37,706 nt of DNA, from the NCBI GenBank assembly GCA_003240795.1, contig QFNK01000001.1, positions 1-37,706 of the forward strand. The letters are read 5' to 3'. Position 1 is the stretch's first letter. Each line of letters starts with the position of its first letter. Origin of the DNA: Micavibrio aeruginosavorus (lineage in GTDB: Bacteria > Pseudomonadota > Alphaproteobacteria > Micavibrionales > Micavibrionaceae). Of this stretch, positions 8,662 through 18,518 are shown in pieces. A program made the translations under genes and the position numbers. The notes beneath the pieces are model-generated. The model did no database searches, was not told the origin of the DNA, and saw only the letters and a list, made by a program, of their open reading frames with translations.

Positions 8662-10959
8662 TTAAGCGGCGTTAGCTTTCTTTTCTTCCTCGTTCGCCTG
8701 CACTGCTACGCTGGCGATTGCGGAAATATTCAGGATGCCGCGCGGCGTGACCGACGGCGTCAGGATATATGACGGTTTCGCCATGCCAAGCAGCATCGGG
8801 CCGATTGGAATACCTTCGCCCAGAACCTTCAGAAGGTTGAAGGAAATGTTCGCGGCCTCCAGATTAGGCATGATGAGCAGGTTCGCATCGTTTTTCAATG
8901 TCGAATTCGGCATCAGCGTTTTGCGGACTGTTTCGGACAGCGCGGTATCAGCATGCATTTCGCCGTCGATCTCTAGTTCCGGCGCGCGTTGTTTCACATC
9001 GATGGTGGCCGCGCGCATCTTGAACGCGCTGCCCCCTTTGTGGCTGCCGAAGTTGGAGTAGGAGAGCATGGCGACGCGCGGCACGATACCGAAGCGGCGG
9101 ATTTCCTCTGCCGCCATCAGCGTCATTTCGGAGATTTGCGCGATGCTCGGGTCCGGGTTCACGTGCGTGTCGCAGATGAAATAGATCCCTTTCGGCACCA
9201 GCAGGGCGCGGAGCGCGGCCGCCGTTTCTACACCGGGTTTCAGGCCGATGATGTCCTGAACATGCTTCATATGATCCTGGAAATCACCGACGGTGCCGCA
9301 GACGATAGAGTCCGCTTCGCCCAGATGAACCATCAATGCGCCGATCACGGTCGGCGACGTGCGCACGACCAGCTTTGCAACGGCAGGGGTCACGCCGCGG
9401 CGTTCCATGATCGTGTGATAGGTTTCCCAGTATGTCTTGTAGCGCGGGTCATCCTGCGGATCGCAAAGGTCGAAATCCACGCCTTCCTGCATACGCAGGC
9501 GCTGGCGCTTGATGCGGGTCATGACGACGTCGCGGCGGCCGATGATGATCGGGCGGGCGATTTTTTCATCCAGAACCATCTGGATCGCGCGGAGGACGTG
9601 GTCTTCTTCCCCTTCGCAATAGACGATGCGTTTCGGCGCTTCCTTCGCGTGGCTGAACACGGGGCGCATGACCATGGTCGAGCGCGTGTTGTTCTGCTGG
9701 AGCTTTTCACGGTAGGCGTCCCAGTCCTTGATCGGACGCGCGGCGACGCCCGTGTCCATTGCGGCCTTTGCCACCGCCATCGACAGTTCGATGATCAGGC
9801 GCGGGTCGAACGGTTTCGGGATCATGTATTCGGGGCCAAATTCAAGAGCCTCGCCCGGATAGGCGGCCATGACTTCGTCCGTGGGTTCGCGGCGTGCGAG
9901 GGCGGCGATCGCCTTGACGCACGCGATTTTCATTTCTTCGTTGATCGCCGTTGCGCCGACGTCAAGCGCGCCGCGGAACAGGAACGGGAAGCAGAGGACG
10001 TTGTTCACCTGGTTCGTAAAGTCGGAGCGTCCCGTGCAGATGATGGCGTCAGGCTTACCCTTGCGTGCTTCGTCCGGCATGATTTCCGGTGTCGGGTTCG
10101 CGAGTGCCATGATGAGGGGCGCTTCACCCATTTTTGCGACCATTTCGGCGTTCAGTGCTTTCGGGCCCGAAAGGCCGAGGAAGATGTTCGCGCCTTCGAG
10201 CGCGTCAACCAGTTCGCGCGCGTTCGTGTCGTTCGCGAATTGCGCCTTGTACGGGTCCATGCCTTCCGGACGGCCTTTGTAGATGACGCCGTTGCGGTCG
10301 CAGACGATGATGTTGTCTTTCGGCATGCCGAGCGAGACCAGCAAATTCAAGCAGGCCAGAGCGGAGGCGCCCGCGCCGTTGGCGACGAGTTTGACGTCCG
10401 TGATTTTTTTCTCTTTCAGTTCCAGCCAGTTCAGGATGGCGGCGGAGACGATGATCGCCGTGCCGTGCTGGTCATCGTGGAAGACGGGGATTTTCATGCG
10501 CTCACGCAGGCGGCGTTCGACTTCGAAACATTCCGGCGCCTTGATGTCTTCAAGGTTGATACCGCCGAAGGACGGCTCCAGACGCGCGATGGTTTCCACC
10601 AGCATGTCGACATCGGTTTCATCTATTTCGATATCGACGGAGTCGATGTTCGCGAATTTCTTGAAGAGGACGGATTTACCCTCCATCACAGGCTTGGACG
10701 CCAGAGCGCCGATATTGCCGAGGCCGAGAACGGCGGTGCCGTTGGAGATAACTGCAACAAGGTTTCCGCGCGATGTGTAGTCCAGCGCTTTCAGCGGGTC
10801 TTTTTCGATCTCAAGGCATGGAATGGCCACGCCGGGGGAATAGGCGAGCGCAAGGTCGCGCTGCGTCGTCAGCGACGTCGTCGGTTTGATGGAGATCTTA
10901 CCGGGGGTCGGCAGGCGGTGGTAATCTAAAGCTGCCTGGCGGAGTTCATCATCGGACAT
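8662..10959 (-). CDS. maeB: NADP-dependent malic enzyme (malic enzyme fused to a PTA-like domain)
   Basis: 765 aa. N-terminus ALDYHRLPTPGKISIKPTTSLTTQRDLALAYSPGVA is followed by a C-terminal phosphate acetyltransferase-like domain. Confidence 0.96.
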   Translation of the reverse strand: MSDDELRQAALDYHRLPTPGKISIKPTTSLTTQRDLALAYSPGVAIPCLEIEKDPLKALDYTSRGNLVAVISNGTAVLGLGNIGALASKPVMEGKSVLFKKFANIDSVDIEIDETDVDMLVETIARLEPSFGGINLEDIKAPECFEVERRLRERMKIPVFHDDQHGTAIIVSAAILNWLELKEKKITDVKLVANGAGASALACLNLLVSLGMPKDNIIVCDRNGVIYKGRPEGMDPYKAQFANDTNARELVDALEGANIFLGLSGPKALNAEMVAKMGEAPLIMALANPTPEIMPDEARKGKPDAIICTGRSDFTNQVNNVLCFPFLFRGALDVGATAINEEMKIACVKAIAALARREPTDEVMAAYPGEALEFGPEYMIPKPFDPRLIIELSMAVAKAAMDTGVAARPIKDWDAYREKLQQNNTRSTMVMRPVFSHAKEAPKRIVYCEGEEDHVLRAIQMVLDEKIARPIIIGRRDVVMTRIKRQRLRMQEGVDFDLCDPQDDPRYKTYWETYHTIMERRGVTPAVAKLVVRTSPTVIGALMVHLGEADSIVCGTVGDFQDHMKHVQDIIGLKPGVETAAALRALLVPKGIYFICDTHVNPDPSIAQISEMTLMAAEEIRRFGIVPRVAMLSYSNFGSHKGGSAFKMRAATIDVKQRAPELEIDGEMHADTALSETVRKTLMPNSTLKNDANLLIMPNLEAANISFNLLKVLGEGIPIGPMLLGMAKPSYILTPSVTPRGILNISAIASVAVQANEEEKKANAA

Positions 10960-10966
10960 GGTATTC

Positions 10967-11650
10967 TTAAGCCTCTATTTCGGTTTTTGTCGTAAACGGA
11001 TTAAAGTTCGTGTTCGTATCGTAGTGGTCTTCTTGCTCCGCCACCTTGATCCTTCGCACAACATATAATGTGATCGGCATTGCCGCCAGCTCCCATAACA
11101 CTTTTGCCGCCCACATGGAAAGCCCGATCATAAGCAGGTCTGCCATGCCGTAAACCCCGGCAAAGGCGAGGGCGGTAAAGATCGCCGTGTCGAAAAACTG
11201 CCCGGCGAGGGTGGAGGCTGCGAAGCGCGTGGCCATGTGGCGGCCCTGAAATGCGACCTTCATTCGGGCCAGTACATAGGAATTAACAAATTCCCCAGCG
11301 AGATAGGCGGCCATGGAGGCCGCGACAATGCGCGGAACGCTGCCCAAAGTCTGGGCAAAAGCGTCCTGATGCGCCCAGAAATCCGCTGGCGGGACGATGA
11401 TTGCAAGGTGGTAGAAGGCCGACATCAGCAGGAGGGACGCAAATCCCGTCCAGATGACCCGCCGGGCGGCGGCGTAGCCGTAAACCTCGGTCAGCACGTC
11501 ATTAAAAATATAGGCGAGGGGGAAAATCAGCGTTCCGGCCGTCAGGTCGAACGGGCCGGCCGCGAAAACCTTGCTTTCCAGCGTGTTGGAAATAAGCAGC
11601 GTCGCGGTGAAAAGGCCTGTAATGGGAAGGAGGTATTTATGATTTTTCAA
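10967..11650 (-). CDS. yhhQ: queuosine precursor transporter (YhhQ / VUT family)
   Basis: 227 aa and polytopic. Motif PLAYIFNDVLTEVYGY. TTG start; only 7 nt upstream of maeB. Confidence 0.85.
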   Translation of the reverse strand: MKNHKYLLPITGLFTATLLISNTLESKVFAAGPFDLTAGTLIFPLAYIFNDVLTEVYGYAAARRVIWTGFASLLLMSAFYHLAIIVPPADFWAHQDAFAQTLGSVPRIVAASMAAYLAGEFVNSYVLARMKVAFQGRHMATRFAASTLAGQFFDTAIFTALAFAGVYGMADLLMIGLSMWAAKVLWELAAMPITLYVVRRIKVAEQEDHYDTNTNFNPFTTKTEIEA

Positions 11651-11713
11651 TAAGATACGCCCTTCGCTCTGCAGGAAACTTTTATTTTACCGTCCGTTCT
11701 TGAAAAAGAAGGA

Positions 11714-11800
11714 TGGTGCGGCCAAGAAGACTCGAACTTCCACGGGATTTCTCCCACAGCGACCTCAACGCTGCGCGTCTACCAATTCCGCCATGGCCGC
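11714..11800 (-). tRNA. tRNA-Leu (anticodon GAG), class II, CCA encoded
   Basis: Folded by hand. Acceptor GCGGCCA/UGGCCGC; 3-bp D stem; anticodon stem CAGCG/CGCUG with loop UUGAGGU; long variable arm GGGA..UCCC; T arm GGAAG-UUCGAGU-CUUCU; 3' ACCA. Confidence 0.95.
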
Positions 11801-11831
11801 GGATTACCCTATCGGGCAGAGGTTTCCTATC

Positions 11832-11866
11832 AAAACGAAAGCGCGGGGGCAAGAACCTCCTGCGCT
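11832..11866 (-). terminator. possible intrinsic terminator after the tandem-wHTH gene
   Basis: Minus strand AGCGCAGG...CCCCCGCGCT (one mismatch) followed by TTCGTTTT. Confidence 0.35.
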
Positions 11867-11916
11867 GCGTCGCAAGATATCTAGAGAAAGGATTTCCTTC
11901 CGTCAATAGATTGTTT

Positions 11917-12816
11917 TTAGGAAGGTAGGCTTATGCAGTAGCAGCCGGCGCGCGTAGGTTTCTGGCTGTTTATGTCGCAGAATCCGGCCTTTCTGTAACC
12001 GGACGTAATACTTGAACAAAGAATTTCTATCCGTTCAGGCGGGACGCAGTCTTTTAAAGATTCGCGAATATTGAAGCGAAGAAGCGACATATAAACAGCC
12101 GTATTTTGGACAAGTGTGTTTTGACGTATCGGCGTAACTTCCGCGAATTTTTCCGGTGCTGTCAAATTGTCGCCTCTGGCAATAAGTGTGGCAAGGATGG
12201 CTTTTAGGCAAGGAGGAAGTTTTACCGGATTTCCATCAACGGTCACAACGGCCTTTGAAAATGCCTGCTGCGGTGATTTTGTTATGACGAACGGCCCATA
12301 TGCCAGAATATTGTTATTAAACATTTTGGACAGGCGCTTTTCGGCCTGAATTTTTAACTCCTGACGGATTGATTTTTTTTCTTCTACCTGTTTTTTAAAT
12401 TCAACGCCTTTGGGATCCCACGTGTAAAGCCCTTTCAGCGTGATACATTTTGTGATCTTTTCCAAATCATCCAAAGGTATTTTATTTTCAAGCTGTGCTT
12501 TTATCCGTTTGCGCATATTGCAAAGATGGACGTGTGCAGGCTTTCGATTGTCTTTCGATATGGCTGTGTCAGGAATGGCTTGCTGTATCGCGTTGATTGT
12601 CAATTTCTTGCCTTGGAGGGCGATGAGCAGGGCTAACAACTTCTTTTCAGCGTGCCTAAGCTCTACAGCGTGTTCTCTGACATAAACCTGTCCATCGCCT
12701 GCTGCGATACTCTTATCCCCTTTCTCGATCCTGAAATCCTTATGAGAGATTGATTTTTCAAACAGAAACAGATTGTCCAAATCCACGGCGTTGGCCATGT
12801 GGAAGCTTTCATTCAT
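11917..12816 (-). CDS. receiver-less protein with two tandem OmpR/PhoB-type (trans_reg_C-like) winged-helix DNA-binding domains
   Basis: 299 aa. Repeat 1: VELRHAEKKLLALLIALQGKKLTINAI...HVHLCNMRKRIKAQL...TLKGLYTWD. Repeat 2: YGPFVI...VTVDGNPVKLPPCLKAILATLIARGDNLTAPEKF...VYMSLLRFNIRESL...ITSGYRKAGF. Sampled lines are about 37-42% GC, clearly below flanking DNA. Confidence 0.6.
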   Translation of the reverse strand: MNESFHMANAVDLDNLFLFEKSISHKDFRIEKGDKSIAAGDGQVYVREHAVELRHAEKKLLALLIALQGKKLTINAIQQAIPDTAISKDNRKPAHVHLCNMRKRIKAQLENKIPLDDLEKITKCITLKGLYTWDPKGVEFKKQVEEKKSIRQELKIQAEKRLSKMFNNNILAYGPFVITKSPQQAFSKAVVTVDGNPVKLPPCLKAILATLIARGDNLTAPEKFAEVTPIRQNTLVQNTAVYMSLLRFNIRESLKDCVPPERIEILCSSITSGYRKAGFCDINSQKPTRAGCYCISLPS

Positions 12817-12924
12817 TACACACCTTCATTTTTTTAGGCGGGTATACAGCGATAAGTTGCGAAAAGTCAACTTTTATATGGAAATATTTTGACGGTTTGC
12901 AATATTCGCCCGGCTTGCTACATC

Positions 12925-13554
12925 ATGGCTATGGAATTCAAAACGTCCGCAGGTCTGATCGATTACCCATCCGCTATCGAGTTTATGGAGCGGCGGGTGG
13001 CAGATATTCGTGCCGAAACAGCGGAAGAGTGTGTCTGGCTGCTGGAGCATCCGCCGCTTTATACGGGCGGGACGAGCGCCGACCCCGCCGATCTTCTGAA
13101 GGCGGAATTTCCCGTCTATGAGACAGGACGGGGCGGGGAATATACGTATCACGGCCCGGGACAGCGCGTGGCCTATGTGATGCTGGATCTTAAAAAGCGC
13201 CAACAAGCTCCTGATATTAAAAAATATGTATGGCAGTTGGAAGAATGGGTGATCCGTTCTTTGGCGCATTTTGGGGTCATAGGGGAGCGCCGTGAGGGGC
13301 GGGTCGGCATTTGGGTTGTCACGGCCGAAGGTGAAAAAAAGATTGCCGCGATCGGTGTGCGTATTCGTCACTGGGTGGCGTATCATGGTGTAGCCATCAA
13401 TGTCAGTCCCGATCTTTCCCATTTTGCGGGGATCGTGCCGTGCGGCATCCACGGTTTCGGCGTTACATCGATGGAGGATCTTCGAAAGCCTATATCTATG
13501 AATGATTTGGATTTGGTTCTTCGGGCGGAATTTGAAAATGTTTTTGGCGCATAA
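12925..13554 (+). CDS. lipB: octanoyltransferase (lipoyl(octanoyl) transferase)
   Basis: [19 protein letters not shown]...[16 protein letters not shown]...[12 protein letters not shown]...AAIGVRI is typical LipB. The track ORF starts at 12889, but the in-frame ATG at 12925 (MAMEFK) is more likely. Confidence 0.93.
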   Translation: MAMEFKTSAGLIDYPSAIEFMERRVADIRAETAEECVWLLEHPPLYTGGTSADPADLLKAEFPVYETGRGGEYTYHGPGQRVAYVMLDLKKRQQAPDIKKYVWQLEEWVIRSLAHFGVIGERREGRVGIWVVTAEGEKKIAAIGVRIRHWVAYHGVAINVSPDLSHFAGIVPCGIHGFGVTSMEDLRKPISMNDLDLVLRAEFENVFGA

Positions 13555-13574
13555 TGCGTCAATAAAAGGTCATT

Positions 13575-14216
13575 TCAGGCGAATTTTGCCTGCATGAACT
13601 GGCTGTATTTTTGGCGGTCCATATCCTGATAAGGACGGTTTTCCAGATTCAGATATGCGCCGGATTTTTCGGCAAATGTTTTTAATGACAGTCGTGCGTC
13701 ATTGAAATTGCTGAGCGAGTTTTTGATTTTTTTGGCGCAGTCCAATACGATCAGGCGGTCGAAATCATCCAGCATGTCCACATTTTCGAGCACGTCGCTT
13801 TCGACCCAGTGGCTTATTTCATGATAGCAGCGCTCAAGCGCTTCTCCGGATGTTTCCCGCTGTGCATCCAGCTGGGTGACTTTTGCAAGCTGGCTCGGTT
13901 TTGAAAGGAAGGCGCGGGAATATTCCTCAATACCCATGACGATGAGCGTTTCGGGTGCGGATTGTCTGTTAAACACGTTTTTCAGATAATTGTGAAAAAT
14001 CATGCCCGCTCCATTCCAGAGTTCGCCGCGCAGGCCGGTATGGCCGACAAGGCGGTTCTGTTTTTCCTCGGTGATCGGGAAGATTTTGGCGATGTCTATA
14101 ATGTTGGAAACTATAGCTTCGCTTTCGGCTTTTATAACGTCGTGCGCGCCGCCTTTTTTAACCAGCGGGACAAGCGCGGCCAGCATGTCTTCGCGCGTGG
14201 CGAATGCATCGGTCAT
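13575..14216 (-). CDS. hypothetical protein (orphan, lower GC)
   Basis: 213 aa. Strong SD GAGGGAGG 8-9 nt upstream of the ATG. The upstream gene has its own terminator, so this is an independent transcription unit. No family recognised. Confidence 0.6.
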   Translation of the reverse strand: MTDAFATREDMLAALVPLVKKGGAHDVIKAESEAIVSNIIDIAKIFPITEEKQNRLVGHTGLRGELWNGAGMIFHNYLKNVFNRQSAPETLIVMGIEEYSRAFLSKPSQLAKVTQLDAQRETSGEALERCYHEISHWVESDVLENVDMLDDFDRLIVLDCAKKIKNSLSNFNDARLSLKTFAEKSGAYLNLENRPYQDMDRQKYSQFMQAKFA

Positions 14217-14272
14217 GCCTTATGTCCTCCCTCAGGTTTGCGTTTCAGCGGTCTGTATATTGAAAACTATAC

Positions 14273-14302
14273 AAAAAAAGCAAGAAAATGGTGTTTTCTT
14301 GC
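14273..14302 (-). terminator. rho-independent terminator of the FGase-family gene
   Basis: Minus strand GCAAGAAAA-cacca-TTTTCTTGC followed by TTTTTTT. Confidence 0.8.
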
Positions 14303-14335
14303 CCTGTTTACGACATTTTTTCCCCTGATTTGGGG

Positions 14336-15241
14336 TTAATCAGCGGCTAAAGGCATTTTTTGCGCGCTTACATAGGCGGCGCAATGGTTCATCATTCTAT
14401 TAATATCGTCTTTTAAGATATTGAATTTTCTTATTTTTTCACCTGTATCTTCATCCATATAGAGATTTCGGGCGACTTCGATCTGGAGCGAATGGCGACC
14501 CGTGGCCGGAGAGGAGTAGCGGCGAACCAGTTCGACCCCCTTATACGGGTCATTGATCGACACCCTGTATCCCATATTTTTAAGGAAGCCGCTGATTTCA
14601 TGCGTAAAATCGATATCGCATGTTGTGCCGTCGCGGTCGCCGAGCACGAAGTCGGCCTGACGCAGCGGGCTGGCGCGGAAGGCGCTGCTTTCCTGTGTCG
14701 GCATGGAGTGACAGTTGATATGCCAGACATGGCCGTAAAGGTAATGGGCGTCCTCGATCAGAGTTTCGAGCGCGGTATGATACGGGCGGTAATATGCGTC
14801 GATCCGATGGCGGATTTCGGCGGCGGTCAGCGCGCGGTCGTAAAGCGGCACACCCGGACGGACAAGGCGGCGGATCAGGCCGATACCGGCGTGTGAGCGG
14901 GGCGTTGCGTCGATATCATCCGTCCACGGCTCCCCCAGAAGATCCAGGTCGATGTCCCGTTCGCACCGGTTCGCGTCGATGTAGGAACGGGGAAATTCCG
15001 CGCAGAGTAGGGCGGCGCCATAGTCCGGCGCGGCGGCGAAAAGCTGGTCCACATATTTGTCTTCCGCGCGTTCCAGCATCTTGAAATCACAGGCATAGCC
15101 GAAATCTTCGGGGTAGTTCGTGCCGCTGTGCGGGGAGTCGAACACCAGCGGCAGCGCCTTTTCAGGGCGCACCCATGTGTAAATTCCCGGTAGAGATTCC
15201 TTTTGCAAAGAGCGCATTCCCTTATATAGTCTTGCCTGCAA
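14336..15241 (-). CDS. N-formylglutamate amidohydrolase family protein
   Basis: 301 aa. LVFDSPHSGTNYPEDF, PRSYIDANR and HINCHSMP are typical of the FGase family. No other hut genes are nearby. Confidence 0.85.
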   Translation of the reverse strand: MQARLYKGMRSLQKESLPGIYTWVRPEKALPLVFDSPHSGTNYPEDFGYACDFKMLERAEDKYVDQLFAAAPDYGAALLCAEFPRSYIDANRCERDIDLDLLGEPWTDDIDATPRSHAGIGLIRRLVRPGVPLYDRALTAAEIRHRIDAYYRPYHTALETLIEDAHYLYGHVWHINCHSMPTQESSAFRASPLRQADFVLGDRDGTTCDIDFTHEISGFLKNMGYRVSINDPYKGVELVRRYSSPATGRHSLQIEVARNLYMDEDTGEKIRKFNILKDDINRMMNHCAAYVSAQKMPLAAD

Positions 15242-15316
15242 CGATCAAAGCCGTTGTAAGGGCTTGATTCCCAAACATGATACTATAAACGACCTTGCCA
15301 AAAAGTTGAGAGAAAG

Positions 15317-16594
15317 ATGCACGATATAAAGGCCATCCGCCAAGACCCCGCCGCCTTCGATAAAGCCATGGCCCGCCGTGGGCTTTCCGCGCAAAGCGAG
15401 GGGATTTTGGCGCTGGATGAGAAGCGCCGCGCCGCGCAGACGGAACTGCAATCCCTGCAGACGGAGCGGAACGACAAATCCAAGCAAATCGGTGCGATCA
15501 AGGGCAAGGGCGGCGATGCGTCGGCGTTGATGGACGACGTGGCCTTGATCAAGGACAAGATGACCGCGCTTGAAGTTCAGGAGCGGGAGCTGGATATCCA
15601 GCTAAACGAAATACTGGTTTCCCTGCCGAACGTGCAGGATGTGTCTATCCCCGACGGGCCAGATGAAGAGCATAATGTTGAGCTTCGCAAAGTTGGTGAA
15701 CCAAAGCGTCAGAACGCAAAAACGCCTGACCACACGGATATCGGCGAAGCGCTGGGCATGATGGATTTCGAGACAGCGGCCAAAATGTCGGGTTCTCGTT
15801 TCGTGATGATGCATTCCGGCCTTGCAAGGCTGGAACGCGCGCTGGCGCAATTCATGCTGGATACGCATACGGGTGAGCATGGCTATACCGAAGTTTCCCC
15901 GCCGCTAATGGTCAATGACAAGACGATGTTCGGCACGGGACAATTGCCGAAATTCCGCGACGACCAGTTCCAGACGACGCGCGGTGACTGGCTGATCCCG
16001 ACGTCCGAGGTGCCGCTGACGAACATTGTCGCCGATATGATTATCGAGGATCTCGAAGCGCCGCGCCGCTATACGGCCTTTACGCCGTGCTTCCGTCAGG
16101 AGGCGGGAGCGGCGGGACGCGATACGCGCGGCATGATCCGCCAGCACCAGTTTTATAAAGTGGAAATGGTGTCCATCACGCGTGCCGAGGACAGTGTATC
16201 CGAGCATGATCGCATGACAGAATGTGCCGAGAACATTTTGAAAAAGCTTGAACTTCCGTTCCGGACGATCGTGCTTTGCACGGGCGATGCAGGTTTTTCG
16301 TCCTACAAAACGCATGACATCGAAGTGTGGCTGCCGTCGCAGGAGCGTTACCGTGAAATTTCCAGCTGTTCTAACTGCTGGGACTTCCAGGCGCGCCGCA
16401 TGAATGCGCGTTACCGCGAGAAGGGCGACAAGAACACGAAGTTCGTCCATACACTCAACGGTTCCGGCCTTGCTGTCGGCCGTGCGCTGATTGCTGTTCT
16501 GGAAAATTATTACGATCCTGCTGATGGCGGCGTGTTCGTTCCGGCGGTGCTGAAGCCATATATGGGCGGGCTCGAAAAGATCGTGAAAGCGTAA
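15317..16594 (+). CDS. serS: serine--tRNA ligase
   Basis: 425 aa with an N-terminal coiled-coil arm and class II motifs ([42 protein letters not shown]). Confidence 0.97.
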   Translation: MHDIKAIRQDPAAFDKAMARRGLSAQSEGILALDEKRRAAQTELQSLQTERNDKSKQIGAIKGKGGDASALMDDVALIKDKMTALEVQERELDIQLNEILVSLPNVQDVSIPDGPDEEHNVELRKVGEPKRQNAKTPDHTDIGEALGMMDFETAAKMSGSRFVMMHSGLARLERALAQFMLDTHTGEHGYTEVSPPLMVNDKTMFGTGQLPKFRDDQFQTTRGDWLIPTSEVPLTNIVADMIIEDLEAPRRYTAFTPCFRQEAGAAGRDTRGMIRQHQFYKVEMVSITRAEDSVSEHDRMTECAENILKKLELPFRTIVLCTGDAGFSSYKTHDIEVWLPSQERYREISSCSNCWDFQARRMNARYREKGDKNTKFVHTLNGSGLAVGRALIAVLENYYDPADGGVFVPAVLKPYMGGLEKIVKA

Positions 16595-16686
16595 GTTTTT
16601 CAGGCATCCGCGATACAAAACTGGACAAGATTCCCGTGATTGACCACAATGGGGTGCGCGTGTTCACGTGCACCTTTTCATGTCCC

Positions 16687-17409
16687 ATGTTTTCTTCAGA
16701 AAGGCCCTACGCCTTGAACCGCATAAACGACAAAAAACAAAGGCTTCTGGCGCTTCTTCATGACGAGGCGGGAATTTCCGACGGGCGCGTTCTGGGCGCG
16801 ATCGAATCCATTCCGCGCGAGCGATTCGTGTTCGGCGCGATGGTTCATGACGCGTGGGAGGACATTGCCATTCCCATCGGCGAGGGGCAGACGATTTCAC
16901 AGCCGACCGTGGTTGCCACGATGACGCAGGTGCTTGAGCTGACCGACCGCCACAAGGTTCTGGAGATCGGAACCGGATCCGGATATCAGGCGTGCATCCT
17001 CTCCAAACTCTGCCGCCGCGTTTACACGATCGAGCGTCACAAGCCGCTTCTGGATGGTGCGGAGAGAATGTTCAGGGATCTGAAATTGGAAAATATTACA
17101 ACGATTTGCGCGGACGGGATGAAGGGCTGGCCGAAGATTCACGGCATGGAGCAGCATCCGTTCGACCGCATCATCGTGACGTGCGCCGCGCGCACGAACC
17201 CGCCGCCCGCGCTGATCGACCAGCTTGCCGTCGGCGGTATCATGGTTATTCCCGTCGGTCCGCCGGGGGAGCAGATGCTCCGCCGTTATAAAAAGGAAAG
17301 CGACGAGACCTATTCCTATTCCAACATCATGCCGGTGCGGTTCGTACCGCTTCTGCCCGACCTTCCGACCGCCGGGCGCAAAAGTGATCTTGAGGTGGAG
17401 GCCGCGTGA
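16687..17409 (+). CDS. pcm: protein-L-isoaspartate O-methyltransferase
   Basis: IPRERFV, GQTISQPTVVA and VLEIGTGSGYQ motifs. The track ORF (16636) is over-extended; the ATG at 16687 gives a normal N-terminus. Confidence 0.92.
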   Translation: MFSSERPYALNRINDKKQRLLALLHDEAGISDGRVLGAIESIPRERFVFGAMVHDAWEDIAIPIGEGQTISQPTVVATMTQVLELTDRHKVLEIGTGSGYQACILSKLCRRVYTIERHKPLLDGAERMFRDLKLENITTICADGMKGWPKIHGMEQHPFDRIIVTCAARTNPPPALIDQLAVGGIMVIPVGPPGEQMLRRYKKESDETYSYSNIMPVRFVPLLPDLPTAGRKSDLEVEAA

Positions 17410-18518
17410 GCGCGAAAAGGAACCATTCCTTTCTTCTAGCTGCGCTTCTTCTGTCCGGTTGCTGGACCCCGACGGGCAGGCAGGCGCCTGTCAATGTCGT
17501 CAATTACGGTACCCATGGCGGCGCTGGCACGACGGGGATGCACACGGTGCGTTCCGGCGATACGGTTTACACGGTGTCGCAGCGTTACAATCTGCCGCTA
17601 CGCGAGATTATTTCCCTCAACAGCCTTTCCGCGCCTTACAGGCTTTCAAGCGGTTTGCGCCTGAAACTGCCGCCGCCGCGCGAATACAGGGTGCAGCCGG
17701 GTGATACGCTCAACGGCCTGTCGCGCACATTCAATGTGAGCGTTAGCGAGATGGCTTCGCTCAACAATGTTCCATCGCCCTATGTGATCAAGCGCGGACA
17801 GGTTCTGCGCCTGCCAACGCCGCAGCCCGCGCTGGAAGCGGATCTTTCGCAAAAGGCGTCGTCCTCCGTCAATCTGCCCGACCGCGTCGCGCCATCGGGA
17901 TATGACGAAACGACCGCGCCCGCGGTCAAGGTTGCAAGTGTCGAGCGCGAGGTTTTGTCCGCGCCGCAGGACGCATCGAAGCAGGAGCCGGAAAAGGTTA
18001 TACCGGCTGCCGGACTTCCGGCGGCAGGGTTTCCGCCTCAGCCAGCGGCAAAGCCGGCATCCGGTGTTTTACAGCCGCCTGCCGCGAAGGTTGAAAAAGT
18101 ATCCGTGCCGCCGTCCGTCGCGCCGAAAATTCCGGCGCGCGCGGCGGCCGGGCGTTTCATGCGTCCTGTCGAGGGTAAGGTCATTTCCGGTTACGGGCCG
18201 AAGGCCGACGGGCTTCACAATGACGGGATCAATATCAAAGCGGCGCGCGGCACGGCCGTGCGCTCCGCCGAAAACGGTGTCGTTGCTTATGTCGGAAACG
18301 AGATGACGGGATACGGCAATCTGGTTCTTGTCCGTCACGCCGATGGGTGGATGACGGCCTATGCCCATATGGACAAAACGCTGGTCACCAAAGGCCAGAC
18401 GGTCAAGGCGGGGCAGAGTATCGGGACGGTAGGCTCGACAGGCGGCGTCGATTCTCCGCAGCTCCATTTCGAGGTCCGCAAAGGGACGAAAGCCGTTGAT
18501 CCGGCAAGCTATATCTAG
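17406..18518 (+). CDS. LysM-domain M23 metallopeptidase lipoprotein (NlpD-like)
   Basis: GTG start overlaps the pcm stop (GTGA). Lipobox LLLSGC, two LysM repeats (HTVRSGDTVYTVSQRY, YRVQPGDTLNGLSRTF), a Pro/Ala linker and a C-terminal M23 domain (GNLVLVRHADGWMTAYAH...PQLHFEV). Confidence 0.9.
   Translation: MSAKRNHSFLLAALLLSGCWTPTGRQAPVNVVNYGTHGGAGTTGMHTVRSGDTVYTVSQRYNLPLREIISLNSLSAPYRLSSGLRLKLPPPREYRVQPGDTLNGLSRTFNVSVSEMASLNNVPSPYVIKRGQVLRLPTPQPALEADLSQKASSSVNLPDRVAPSGYDETTAPAVKVASVEREVLSAPQDASKQEPEKVIPAAGLPAAGFPPQPAAKPASGVLQPPAAKVEKVSVPPSVAPKIPARAAAGRFMRPVEGKVISGYGPKADGLHNDGINIKAARGTAVRSAENGVVAYVGNEMTGYGNLVLVRHADGWMTAYAHMDKTLVTKGQTVKAGQSIGTVGSTGGVDSPQLHFEVRKGTKAVDPASYI

Noticed and set aside
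11651-11713. preQ1 riboswitch upstream of yhhQ.
   Set aside because: The 63-nt gap between tRNA-Leu and the yhhQ TTG start shows no P1 hairpin followed by the A-rich tail / AAGG arrangement of preQ1-I, and no preQ1-II features.
11914-12838. 8-bp direct repeat TTTTTAGG flanking the tandem-wHTH gene (11914-11921 and 12831-12838) as a target-site duplication.
   Set aside because: It is short and AT-rich in AT-rich flanks, so a chance match is plausible. No terminal inverted repeats or recombinase gene are present.
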